Of a DNA stretch of 64,000 nt, positions 8,842 through 17,936 are shown piece by piece. Below the pieces are notes generated by a model. That model was not told where the DNA came from. It made no database searches and saw only the letters and a program-made list of their open reading frames with translations. Source of the stretch: Deltaproteobacteria bacterium. GTDB taxonomy: Bacteria > Myxococcota > Kuafuiibacteriia > Kuafuiibacteriales > Kuafuiibacteriaceae. A program made the translations under genes and the position numbers. The stretch covers positions 256,001-320,000 of the forward strand of contig JAVJQW010000042.1 in assembly GCA_040218735.1 (NCBI GenBank), in the 5' to 3' direction. Position 1 is the first letter of the stretch, and each line of letters begins with the position of its first letter.

Positions 8842-11184
8842 TTGAGAGACGATGTTTCGATTCTGAAGCGCGTTGCGCTCTTCTCCGGCGTCGACGACGA
8901 AACCCTGGAACGCTTGTACTCCGTCGGGACCCTCCGCGAGATGGCGCCCGGCGACTACGTCGTTCGCCAGGGCGAGTTCGGCGACAGCTTCTTCGTACTG
9001 CTCGACGGCCTCGCCACCGTCGAGGTCGTCGGCGAAGACGGGCGCAGCCGCGAGGTCGCCTCCATCCAACCGAGCCAGTACTTCGGCGAGCTCGCGCTCG
9101 TCGGGCGCGGCGAGCGCAAGGCCTCGGTGCGCGCGCGGACCCAAGCCGCCCTCCTCGAGCTCGGCAAGGGCGAGTTCAACCAGGTCATCAAGCGCAACAA
9201 GCTGGTGAAGGGCCGCATCCAAGAGGCCTACAACAAGAGCGCGCTCTCCACGTTCGTCCGGCAGAGCCGCTACTTCCGCGGGCTGCCTCCGGAGCGCATC
9301 GACGAGATCGTCCTCAACTCGTCCCTCGAGTCGTTCAAGAAGGACGATCTCATCGCACGCGAAGGTGACCCGGCGCAGAAGCTGTTCGTGGTGCGCAGCG
9401 GCTTCGTCCGGATCAGCCGCCTCGTCAGCCGCGGCGCCGACATGGAGAGCGGCGAAGAGATCCTCGCCTACCTCGGACCGGAGGACTTCTTCGGCGACGA
9501 GGAGGTCAGCGTCGGCGCCCCCTACGGCGCGACGGCGATGGCGGTCGAGCCTGTCGAGTGCATGGTCGTGCCGCGCTCGGTGGTGTGGAACATCTACGTC
9601 AAACACCCCGAGGTGTTCTCGTCGTTCCGCCGCTACTCGCTCGCGCGCTCGCAGCAGCAGTCCGGCATCCTGCAGAGCCAGACGTCGATGGGCTTCGTGC
9701 GCGACATGCTCGAAGCCGGCCTCGGCCAGGCGCGCTCCGCGCTGATCATCAACCTCGACACCTGCATCCGCTGCGGCAACTGCGTACAGGCCTGCGACGA
9801 CCTGCACGGCTACTCGCGCCTCGCGCGTCGCGGCAAGAAACTCACGCGTCGCACCGAGGTCGCGTCGACGCGCCACGAATCGCTCTACTTCCCGACGAGC
9901 TGCCTGCAATGCGCCGCGCCCGAGTGCATGGTCGGCTGCCCGACCGGCGCCATCGCGCGCGACGTCGGCGGCGAGGTGTACATCAAGGACACCTGCATCG
10001 GCTGCGGCAGCTGCGCGCGCAACTGCGACTTCGGGAACATCTCGATGGCCAAGGCCAAGGAGGAAGACGGCTGGCTCGTCGGGCTCCTCGGCGGCGGCGC
10101 GAAGGACGAGGCCGACAACAAGAAACACGTCCCGGCCGACCGCGCGCACACGACGATCGCCGAGCCGGCCAAGGCGTCGGGGCTCCCGAAGATCGCGAAG
10201 TCGGATCTGCTCGCGGTGAAGTGCGACGTCTGCTTCGAGCGCGAGTTCGCGGCGTGTGTCTACAACTGTCCGACGGAGTCGATCCTCCGCATCGACCCGC
10301 GGAACTACTTTCACGAGCTCCGTCGCATCGCGCCGAAGCTCGCGGTGAACGAACAGTCGCCGACGGCGGCGAAGACGACGACGTCGCGCCGCAAGAGCCG
10401 CGTCGGTGTCGCCATCCTCGAGATCCTCACCTTCCTGGTCACGATCGCCGGCGGGTACGTGCTGCACGGCTTCCTCGAACCCACGCCGTGGCGCGGCGTC
10501 GGGATGTACGCGGGCGTCGCGGCGGCGGCGATCATGGGCGTGCTCTCGCTGATGGGCCTGCGCAAGCGGATGCGAACGCACGGCATCGGCTCACTCGCCG
10601 CGTGGGTGAAGGTACACGCGGTGCTGGGCGGGTTGCTCTACGGCACGGTGCTGTTCCACGCCGGGTACCAAGCGACGAGTGTCCTCACCGCGACGCTCCT
10701 GACGCTGCTCACCATCTCCTCGCTCGTCGCGATCGGCGGGCAGCTCGCGAGTGTGTTCATCCCGGCGATCCTCGCGCGCTCGGAGGACGAGGCGCTGCTG
10801 CCGGAGGACGTCGGGCCCAAGGTGCGCGAGCTCGCGGCGGCGTCGGAGGAGTTCCTGGAGGGGCTCGACGAACGCACGCGCAAGAAGGTCGAGCAGCACG
10901 CCCAGCGCATGACGCAGGGCGGGTTCGCGTACGTGCTCAAGGGCACCTCGCCGAAGGACCTCGACGGTCTCCTCGAGACCCGCGCGAAGAAGCTCCGCGC
11001 GTTGCCGGACAAGGAGCACGCGGTTGCAATCCGTGTTGCGCACAACCTGGCCGTCGCGCGGATGCACTCGGTGCGGCGCGGGTTGGAGATCCTGCTCACT
11101 TCGTGGGTGCCGCTTCACCTCGTCGCCTCCGCGCTCGCGCTGATGCTGTTGTTCGGTCACATCCTGACCGTGTTCCTGTGGTGA
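8842..11184 (+). CDS. Tandem cNMP-binding domains + NrfC/DmsB-type 4x[4Fe-4S] domain + multi-pass di-heme-b-like membrane domain
   Basis: FGELALVGRGERKASVRA phosphate-binding cassette; second, degenerate cNMP domain; CIRCGNCVQAC, CLQCAAPECMVGCP, CIGCGSCARNC, CDVC..ACVYNCP; two H-x13-H pairs in TM helices. TTG start. Confidence 0.85.
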   Translation: MRDDVSILKRVALFSGVDDETLERLYSVGTLREMAPGDYVVRQGEFGDSFFVLLDGLATVEVVGEDGRSREVASIQPSQYFGELALVGRGERKASVRARTQAALLELGKGEFNQVIKRNKLVKGRIQEAYNKSALSTFVRQSRYFRGLPPERIDEIVLNSSLESFKKDDLIAREGDPAQKLFVVRSGFVRISRLVSRGADMESGEEILAYLGPEDFFGDEEVSVGAPYGATAMAVEPVECMVVPRSVVWNIYVKHPEVFSSFRRYSLARSQQQSGILQSQTSMGFVRDMLEAGLGQARSALIINLDTCIRCGNCVQACDDLHGYSRLARRGKKLTRRTEVASTRHESLYFPTSCLQCAAPECMVGCPTGAIARDVGGEVYIKDTCIGCGSCARNCDFGNISMAKAKEEDGWLVGLLGGGAKDEADNKKHVPADRAHTTIAEPAKASGLPKIAKSDLLAVKCDVCFEREFAACVYNCPTESILRIDPRNYFHELRRIAPKLAVNEQSPTAAKTTTSRRKSRVGVAILEILTFLVTIAGGYVLHGFLEPTPWRGVGMYAGVAAAAIMGVLSLMGLRKRMRTHGIGSLAAWVKVHAVLGGLLYGTVLFHAGYQATSVLTATLLTLLTISSLVAIGGQLASVFIPAILARSEDEALLPEDVGPKVRELAAASEEFLEGLDERTRKKVEQHAQRMTQGGFAYVLKGTSPKDLDGLLETRAKKLRALPDKEHAVAIRVAHNLAVARMHSVRRGLEILLTSWVPLHLVASALALMLLFGHILTVFLW

Positions 11185-11191
11185 CCGCGGC

Positions 11192-12979
11192 GTGTTCGTC
11201 CTGCAGATCATCTCGGGTCCGTACAAGGACCAGGCGGTGCGCTTGGAGCTCGACCGCCCGCTCACGGTCGGCCGCTCGCCGTCGTGCAACATCCGCCTCG
11301 ACGACAAACACATGTCGTCCGCGCACGCCGAGGTCTCGTGGACTTCGGACGGGTTCTCCGTCTTCGACCTGAGCTCCGCGAACGGGACACTCGTCAACGG
11401 CAACAAGGTCACGGGGCGCACGCCGCTACGGCTGGGTGATCACATCCAAACCGGGAGCACGGTGTTCCTGCTCAAGGACGTCGACCTGGAGGTCGAGGGC
11501 GACCTGGAGCTGATCGAAGCGCAACAGAGCGGGGGCGGCATCCTCGCGTTCGACGCCGGCAAGACCGAAGTCGCGATGCGCGGGATGATCCCGGTCGCGT
11601 CGACCGAGGCCTTCGCGGCGGTGAAGAAACGTGCGCCCGAGCCGATGATCCTCGGCGACCGCGCCAACCGCACGCAGATGGCGGCGCACGTCGCCTCGGC
11701 TCGGCTCGACGACGCAGCGATCAGTGACATCGCGACGCTGAAGCAGCGCGTGGAGGCCGGCGGCAACGGCGCGATGGTCATCGTGCAGTGGGACGACCGG
11801 ATGGATCCCTTCTGGTCGACGCCCGTCTCGATCGGTCGCGAGCACTCCAGCGGCGTCGTGCTCGAAGACAACGCGGTCAGCCTCCGCCACGCGGCGATCG
11901 ATCAACGCGACGGGGGCTTCCTCGTCCGCGACGTCGGTTCCTCGAACGGCGTCTACGTGAACCGCAAGCGCATCGTCGAACACCGCGTGATGGACGGCGA
12001 CATCATCTCCATCGGTTCGCACACGATGGTGGTCGTCCTCGGGCCGGGGTGTCTCGGCCTATCGGTACGCACGCCGACGCTCACCGGCGATCTCCCCGCG
12101 CACGACGCACGTGCGATCGGTGTCGTCGACCAGCCGCTCGCCAAGGACGGCAAGAAGAAGAAGCGCAAGAAGGCGTCCGAGCTCGTCTGGTACGCGACGT
12201 CCGATCTGGATCGCGGCGGCTTCCGCGCGCGCGCCGCGCTGGTGGCGCTCCTGTTCGGTCTCGGGCTCACCGGGTGGATGCTCTACGACGGTGACTCGGA
12301 GATCCTCGCCGGGCGTCGACTCGCCGAGCACCACGAGGCGCCGGAGTTCGTCGCGGCCGCCGCGGACAACGGCCTCGACCGCTGCACCGCTTGTCACGTC
12401 GGCGCTGGCCAGGTCTCCACGCTCAAGTGTCTCGACTGCCACCCGCACAACCGGCCCACGCCGGGGCACGTCGGGGCCGACCTCGAGTGCGCCGCGTGCC
12501 ACCTCGAACATCAGGGGCCGAAGTTCCAGGCCTCGGCTTCGGCGGTCTTCTCGTGCGCGGGGTGCCACGAGAACCCGCACGACGCGCTCGCTCGGACGCG
12601 CCCGCAGCTCGTCGCGACCTTCGACATCGACATGCCGGGTGATGTCGACTTCCACCTGACCCACGACGATCAGGACGTCGGCTGCCTCGCGTGCCACGCG
12701 TACGAGACGACCGGTCGCGAGGACGGGATTCGCGACGCGTGCGGACAGTGCCACGCGCCCGACCACCCTGCGGCCGCGGACTGCCAGCTCTGCCACGGCG
12801 GGCACCCCGACCGGGAGACGCCACCGCGTTACGCGGAGGTCCCGCCGAACCCGCCGAAGCGCTTCGCGCTCAAGGGGTTGGTGTGGACGGTGATGCTGTT
12901 GGTGTTGTCGTTCCTCCTCGCCGCGATGATTCCGAGACGTCGCAAGGTCGCGATCGAGACAGCCGAATCCGAGGTGTGA
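11192..12979 (+). CDS. Double-FHA, membrane-anchored heptaheme cytochrome c
   Basis: Two FHA domains (VGRS..SSAHA..SANGT; IGRE..SLRHA..SSNGV), TM helix, seven CxxCH, C-terminal TM followed by RRRK. Confidence 0.85.
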   Translation: MFVLQIISGPYKDQAVRLELDRPLTVGRSPSCNIRLDDKHMSSAHAEVSWTSDGFSVFDLSSANGTLVNGNKVTGRTPLRLGDHIQTGSTVFLLKDVDLEVEGDLELIEAQQSGGGILAFDAGKTEVAMRGMIPVASTEAFAAVKKRAPEPMILGDRANRTQMAAHVASARLDDAAISDIATLKQRVEAGGNGAMVIVQWDDRMDPFWSTPVSIGREHSSGVVLEDNAVSLRHAAIDQRDGGFLVRDVGSSNGVYVNRKRIVEHRVMDGDIISIGSHTMVVVLGPGCLGLSVRTPTLTGDLPAHDARAIGVVDQPLAKDGKKKKRKKASELVWYATSDLDRGGFRARAALVALLFGLGLTGWMLYDGDSEILAGRRLAEHHEAPEFVAAAADNGLDRCTACHVGAGQVSTLKCLDCHPHNRPTPGHVGADLECAACHLEHQGPKFQASASAVFSCAGCHENPHDALARTRPQLVATFDIDMPGDVDFHLTHDDQDVGCLACHAYETTGREDGIRDACGQCHAPDHPAAADCQLCHGGHPDRETPPRYAEVPPNPPKRFALKGLVWTVMLLVLSFLLAAMIPRRRKVAIETAESEV

Positions 12980-13036
12980 CCCGCGTCGGAACTCTCGGCT
13001 TCAGATTTCTGCCGAGCGTCCGATTCCCGTGGTCGG

Positions 13037-14572
13037 ATGACTGTGCCCACCGCCGATCTGACGCGCCTCGATGATCCTCGGGGTGTCGCGCAGATCCTCG
13101 CGAGCCTCGAACAGGATGTGCCCACCTCGGCGGAGAGCGCGCCGGAGCCGCAGCGCCTCTCCATGTATGGCGCGTCGTTCGAGGTGCACGACGCCGGCGA
13201 CGAGCAGGAGCCTCAGGTCTTCTCGAAGAACCACCGGCGGTACCCGCGCGTCCCGCTGCAGGGGAAGGTGAGGTTCGGGCTCGACGACGGGCCGCGCGCG
13301 GGGCTCGTCGACATCAACGCTTCGGGCTTCTCGGCGCGCATTCACCCGACGGCGGCGGAGCGGCTGCCTTCTTACGGCTGGGTGGAGATCGACCTCGGCC
13401 ACGCGCGGGTCTGTGGGTACGCGCGGCTGCGGCGCCAGTACGCTCTGGGGCATCACGTGGTTCTGGGATTCGAGCTCGAGCCCGATCGCGAGCGCTCCGA
13501 GATCATCCGCAGCATCCTCGACCGCGCGTATCCCGCGATCATGCCGCGCGCGGACCTCCCCGCGGCGGCCGTGGCGCGTCTGTTGGACGAGAGCGGTTAC
13601 CTCGAGCTGTGCGAGGACGGGCAGCTCCCGGACGATTGGCTCGGCTTTCGGAGCCCGGAGTCCTTCGACCTCGTGTCGCTCGGGGACGATGCAACTCCGC
13701 TTGCGCACCTGTCGATCACGAAGGCGTTCTCGACGACCTGGGTGGCGCACCAGCTCGCCTCGCGGTCGAAGCACCACGAGAGCTTCTGGAGTTGGTATCA
13801 GCTGCACCGCTACCTCGCGTGTATGCCCGCGATGATGGACGGCGAGAACGCGCACGTCGTCGCCTACTACAACCCGGCGCAGCCGTACCATCAGCGGTAC
13901 CTGCGAGCGTTCGGGAGCTGGATGCAGTCCGAAGCGGACGTGTCGATCGCGCAGTACTCGATGTTCCACCTCGACGCCGCGTCGAACGACGTGGGTGCAG
14001 CGTCGCTGGTGTCCGGGTGGTCGGTCACGCCGCTGACCTCCGCGGCGCGGCCCGACGTGCACCGGGTCGTACTGCAGAACCTCTCCCCCCTCGTCGCGCG
14101 TGCGTTCGACCTCGCGCCGGTGACGCTGGAGAGCGTCAACCTCACGCGCGATCCGTATAGTCTACTCAATAGAAAGCGCCGAGTCTTCCTGCTGTGGCAT
14201 GACGGCCGGGTGCAGGCGGTCGCGCTGTGCGAGCGCGGCGCGAGCTCCGTCTCGATCTTTGGCCTATTCGATCTCGTGCAAGTGCTCCCGACCCGCGATG
14301 GATTCGTGGCTCCGCAGGCGGCACTGGGGATGCTGATGGACGCGGTGCGGGGCTTCTATCGCGCGGAAGGCGCAGAGCGTGCGCTGGTGTTCGCGCCGAT
14401 CGGTTGCATGATCGCCGAGGCCCATCCGGCCCTCGAGTACTCGCACGTCGTCGAGCGCTTCATCATGGGCGGGCGCGCGCTCCGCCACTACGAGAACTTC
14501 GTTCGCTACACCTTCGGCCGGGCGGCGCGCGCGGTGGGTCGCAAGATGAAATGGAAAGCGGACCATCAATGA
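13037..14572 (+). CDS. PilZ domain + GNAT-like acyl/aminoacyl-transferase-fold protein (paralog 1)
   Basis: RRYPRVP (RxxxR) and DINASG (D/N-x-S/N-x-x-G) PilZ motifs. C-terminal ~330 aa alpha/beta region has a GNAT-like strand/helix pattern (fold is inference). Confidence 0.7.
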   Translation: MTVPTADLTRLDDPRGVAQILASLEQDVPTSAESAPEPQRLSMYGASFEVHDAGDEQEPQVFSKNHRRYPRVPLQGKVRFGLDDGPRAGLVDINASGFSARIHPTAAERLPSYGWVEIDLGHARVCGYARLRRQYALGHHVVLGFELEPDRERSEIIRSILDRAYPAIMPRADLPAAAVARLLDESGYLELCEDGQLPDDWLGFRSPESFDLVSLGDDATPLAHLSITKAFSTTWVAHQLASRSKHHESFWSWYQLHRYLACMPAMMDGENAHVVAYYNPAQPYHQRYLRAFGSWMQSEADVSIAQYSMFHLDAASNDVGAASLVSGWSVTPLTSAARPDVHRVVLQNLSPLVARAFDLAPVTLESVNLTRDPYSLLNRKRRVFLLWHDGRVQAVALCERGASSVSIFGLFDLVQVLPTRDGFVAPQAALGMLMDAVRGFYRAEGAERALVFAPIGCMIAEAHPALEYSHVVERFIMGGRALRHYENFVRYTFGRAARAVGRKMKWKADHQ

Positions 14573-14734
14573 GGGGAACCGAAGTGGTCGAGCCCGCGCC
14601 GAGATCCCTCGTGTCTCATTTTGTTTCACACGCGGCGCACCCGTTTTCGATTCATTTCAGGAAAGCGCAAAACCGTGTCAAACTTGTGCGGTGGCCAACC
14701 GCTCGGTCACACAAACAGGTTACAGTCGAGCGCG

Positions 14735-16267
14735 ATGCCGCGGCTCGATCCCAACTTCTCCCGCGTCGAAGATCCGCGCGGTACCGAGCAGATGCTCCGC
14801 GCGCTCGAAGCAAACGGGCCCGAGGCGAGACACGGACCCGGGCGTCGTCGCTTCTCGCTCTACGGCGCCTCGTTCGAAGTCGATCGCGGCGAGGATGCGC
14901 TGGCTGCCGCCGAGTCCGCGCGTGTCTACAGCACGAACCAACGGCGACACCCACGCGTTCCACTGAATGGACGCGTGAGGTTCGGTCCCAAGGGGCCGGT
15001 CGCGGGCCTGATCGACATCAACGCCGATGGCTTCGCCGCGCGCGTCCACCCCGCCGCTCGACACCGCATCCCCGGCTACGCGTGGGTCGAGATCGTCCTG
15101 GGTCGCGACGTGATCGCCGGCTACGCGCGACTACGTCGAACGGAAGAACGGCAGCACCACATCGTGCTGGGCTTCGAGCTGGAACCGGAGCACGAACGCG
15201 TCGACGTCGTTCGCAACATCCTCGAACACGCCTTCCCGTCGATCATCCCGCGCGCGGATCTCCCGCCGAACGCCGTGTCTCGGTTGCTGATGGAGAGTGG
15301 CTACCTCGACCTGTGCGAAGACGGAGGTCTCCCGGAGGCGTGGCTCGCCTTTCGGGATCCGCGTTCGTTCGATCTCGTCGCCGTGGGGGACGACGCAACC
15401 CCGGTTGCACACCTGTCGATCACGAAGGCCTTCTCGACGACGTGGGTAGCGCACCAACTCGCGTCGCGCTCGACGCACAACGAGAGCTTCTGGAGTTGGT
15501 ATCAGCTCCACCGCTACCTCGCGTGCCTCCCCGCGATGATGGACGGAGCGAACGCGCACGTCGTCGCCTACTACAACCCTTCGCAGCCGTACCATCAGCG
15601 CTACCTGCGCGCGTTCGGCGGATGGATGCGCTCCGAAGACGACGTCGTCATCGCGCAAGCCAACATGTTCCACCTGGACGCCGCCTCCGACGACGTCGCG
15701 GCGCCTGAGTCCCTCGATGAGTGGTCCGTCAGCCTGCTCACGTCCCACGACCGCGAGGCGGCGCACCGCATCGCGATGCAGAACATGCGACCCCTCGTCG
15801 CACGTGCGTTCGACATCACGCCTTCCACGCTGGAGACCGCCGATCTCACCCGGTCCACCGGCGACCTCGAACGTGCGCGTCGCGTCTTCGTCCTGCGCCG
15901 CCGCGGGGAAGTGCTCGCGATTGCGCTGTGCGAACGTGGTCACTCCGCGATCTCGATCTTCGGTCTGTTCGACCTCGTCTACGTGTTGCCGTCACGTGAC
16001 GGCCTCGTCGTCCCGCAGCGTGCGATCGGCATGCTGATGGAAGCGGCCCGCGGCTTCTACCGCACCGAGGGCGTCGACCGAGCGCTCGTGTTCGCGCCGG
16101 TCGGCTACATGATCTCCGAAGCACACCCCGCGCTCGAGTACTCGCACGTGGTGGAGCGCTTCATCATGGGGGGCCACGCCCTCCGTCACTATGAGAACTT
16201 CGTCCGCTACACGTTCGGGCGAGCCGCGCGAGCGGTGAAAAGGAAGATGAAATGGAAGGAACGATGA
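14735..16267 (+). CDS. PilZ domain + GNAT-like protein (paralog 2)
   Basis: Collinear with paralog 1 (RRHPRVP, DINADG, identical HLSITKAFSTTWVAHQLASRS and ESFWSWYQLHRYLAC). ATG 14735 chosen by alignment with paralog 1. Confidence 0.7.
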   Translation: MPRLDPNFSRVEDPRGTEQMLRALEANGPEARHGPGRRRFSLYGASFEVDRGEDALAAAESARVYSTNQRRHPRVPLNGRVRFGPKGPVAGLIDINADGFAARVHPAARHRIPGYAWVEIVLGRDVIAGYARLRRTEERQHHIVLGFELEPEHERVDVVRNILEHAFPSIIPRADLPPNAVSRLLMESGYLDLCEDGGLPEAWLAFRDPRSFDLVAVGDDATPVAHLSITKAFSTTWVAHQLASRSTHNESFWSWYQLHRYLACLPAMMDGANAHVVAYYNPSQPYHQRYLRAFGGWMRSEDDVVIAQANMFHLDAASDDVAAPESLDEWSVSLLTSHDREAAHRIAMQNMRPLVARAFDITPSTLETADLTRSTGDLERARRVFVLRRRGEVLAIALCERGHSAISIFGLFDLVYVLPSRDGLVVPQRAIGMLMEAARGFYRTEGVDRALVFAPVGYMISEAHPALEYSHVVERFIMGGHALRHYENFVRYTFGRAARAVKRKMKWKER

Positions 16268-16995
16268 TCGAAGCCTACGCCGCGCGGGTCGCGGGGGTGC
16301 GCGAGCGCCTGCGAAGCTGCGCGACGACGAAACGCCTTTGCGATCCCGACCTCGACCCCGACGTGTTCCTGCGTTGGCTGATCGAGTTCAGCTCCTACGG
16401 CGTGCAGAACACCAAGCCGGTCGTCCGCTGGATGACGCAGGCCGGTGAGCACATGATGGCGCAGGGTTTCGAGGAGATCGGCGCCGCGTTCAAGGCCCAC
16501 GGCAAACACGAAGGTGGGCACGACGAGCTGATGGTCGCCGACACGCACCGCCTCGTCGCGCGTTGGAACGCCAAACACGGCGACAGCCTCGACGCCGAGG
16601 CGCTGATCAACCGCCCGCCGACGCCGTCCGTTCAGCTCTACGTCGACCTCCACGAAGACCTCGCCGCCGGCGATCGCCCTTGGCGCAACCTCGCCATCGC
16701 GAGGGAGATCGAAGGCGTCGCAACGACGATCGGCCCGATGGTCCTCGACCAGTGCCGCCGCGTCCTCGGCGAGGAGGGCATGAAGGAAGTCAGCTTCATC
16801 GTCGACCACGTCGAGCTCGACGTCGGCCACACGGCCTCCGACGACAAGATGATCGACCGCCTCCTCACGAAGCGTCCGGAGCTTCTCGACGAGATGGCCG
16901 AGCGCGGCGAGGTCACCCTCGACGCTTACATCGGCTTCCTCGAGGAGTGTTTCATCGAGGCGGACGCCTGGGTCGAACGCCAGCGCGCCGCGTGA
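16264..16995 (+). CDS. Heme-oxygenase-like diiron oxidase (CADD/PqqC/TenA-like iron-containing redox enzyme)
   Basis: HEGGH, IEG and HVELDVGH (H-x3-D-x2-H, as in CADD) metal-ligand motifs in a helical protein. ATGA overlap with the upstream stop. Confidence 0.75.
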   Translation: MIEAYAARVAGVRERLRSCATTKRLCDPDLDPDVFLRWLIEFSSYGVQNTKPVVRWMTQAGEHMMAQGFEEIGAAFKAHGKHEGGHDELMVADTHRLVARWNAKHGDSLDAEALINRPPTPSVQLYVDLHEDLAAGDRPWRNLAIAREIEGVATTIGPMVLDQCRRVLGEEGMKEVSFIVDHVELDVGHTASDDKMIDRLLTKRPELLDEMAERGEVTLDAYIGFLEECFIEADAWVERQRAA

Positions 16996-17002
16996 CCCGC
17001 GC

Positions 17003-17926
17003 CTAAGCCAGTCGCGTCGAGCGGAGCGCGTCTTCGATGGCGACGCTCGGCGCGAAGTCGAACGTCTCGCGGATCTTCGCGTCGGAGATCACGCACGGGT
17101 ACATGAAGAAGTTCACCATGTACGGCGGTAGCGCGCGCGACATGAGCCCCGCCATCTTCAGGTACGTGATCGCGGCCGTCGACGGGATCGGGATCTGCTG
17201 CATCCCCACCACGTCGAGCGCCGTGCGCCACGGCAGCGTGCCCTGGCCGACGACGTTGTAGATCCCGACCGCCTCCCCCGCCGCCACCGCGACGAGCGCG
17301 TCCACGAGATCGTTCTCGTGGATGAACTGCACCATCGGATCGAAGCCCATCATCACCGGCCCGCGCTTCGACCTCAGGAAGTTGCTCATCGCGTTCTTGA
17401 TGTTCGGGCCGATGACGTTGGTCGGGCGGAGAATCGCCGTCTTGCACTCGGGGTGCTGGTAGGTCCACGTGATGGCCTGGTTGTCGAGCTGGATGGCGTC
17501 GCCGATCTGCGGCGACTCCATTCCGGCGCGCAGCGGCTCGTCCTCGTAGATCGGGATGTGGTTGTGCGGGTGCGCGCCGTAGATGTGGAACGTGGAGAGC
17601 ACGACCATGCGCTTGGCGCCGTAGCGGCCCGCGAGGTCCATCACCTTGCGGCTCCCGATGACGTTGAGGTCGAAGCGCTTCTTGATCGTCTGCTTGAGGT
17701 TTCCGACGCGCCCGAGGTGCAGCACGTGGGACGGCGGGTGGCGCCGGAAGACGTCCTCGATCTTCGTCTTGTTGTAGTTGGCCTGGTAGACGTGGTCGAC
17801 GAACGGGAGCTCGCTCCGCATCGGTCGGTAGTCCACGCCGACGACCTTGTAGCCTTCCTCTTTCAGCCGGCGTGCGACGAGGCCGGCGAGGCCGCCGGCG
17901 ATCCCGGTGACGATCGCAGTCTTCAT
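17003..17926 (-). CDS. NAD-dependent epimerase/dehydratase (extended SDR)
   Basis: VTGIAGGLA nucleotide-binding motif, LSTFHIYG, LRPTNVIGP, QFIHEND. Confidence 0.85.
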   Translation of the reverse strand: MKTAIVTGIAGGLAGLVARRLKEEGYKVVGVDYRPMRSELPFVDHVYQANYNKTKIEDVFRRHPPSHVLHLGRVGNLKQTIKKRFDLNVIGSRKVMDLAGRYGAKRMVVLSTFHIYGAHPHNHIPIYEDEPLRAGMESPQIGDAIQLDNQAITWTYQHPECKTAILRPTNVIGPNIKNAMSNFLRSKRGPVMMGFDPMVQFIHENDLVDALVAVAAGEAVGIYNVVGQGTLPWRTALDVVGMQQIPIPSTAAITYLKMAGLMSRALPPYMVNFFMYPCVISDAKIRETFDFAPSVAIEDALRSTRLA

Positions 17927-17936
17927 CCGTGGGCCC

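Noticed and set aside
8701-10581. Long antisense ORFs (also 1867-3411, 41635-43923, 55526-57343, 62832-63956 and others)
   Set aside because: They mirror well-supported genes on the opposite strand, have no motifs, and are expected in high-GC DNA with strong codon bias.
14655-14700. GGAAAGCGCAAAACC resembling part of a c-di-GMP-I riboswitch upstream of a PilZ gene
   Set aside because: I could not build the required P2/P3 stems, and it lies upstream of the probable -10 element. An Rfam RF01051 scan would settle it.
13037-16267. Paralog pair as a DGR template/variable repeat or an assembly duplication
   Set aside because: Differences are spread throughout, frequently synonymous and not adenine-specific, and both ORFs are intact. 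This is an ordinary older tandem duplication.
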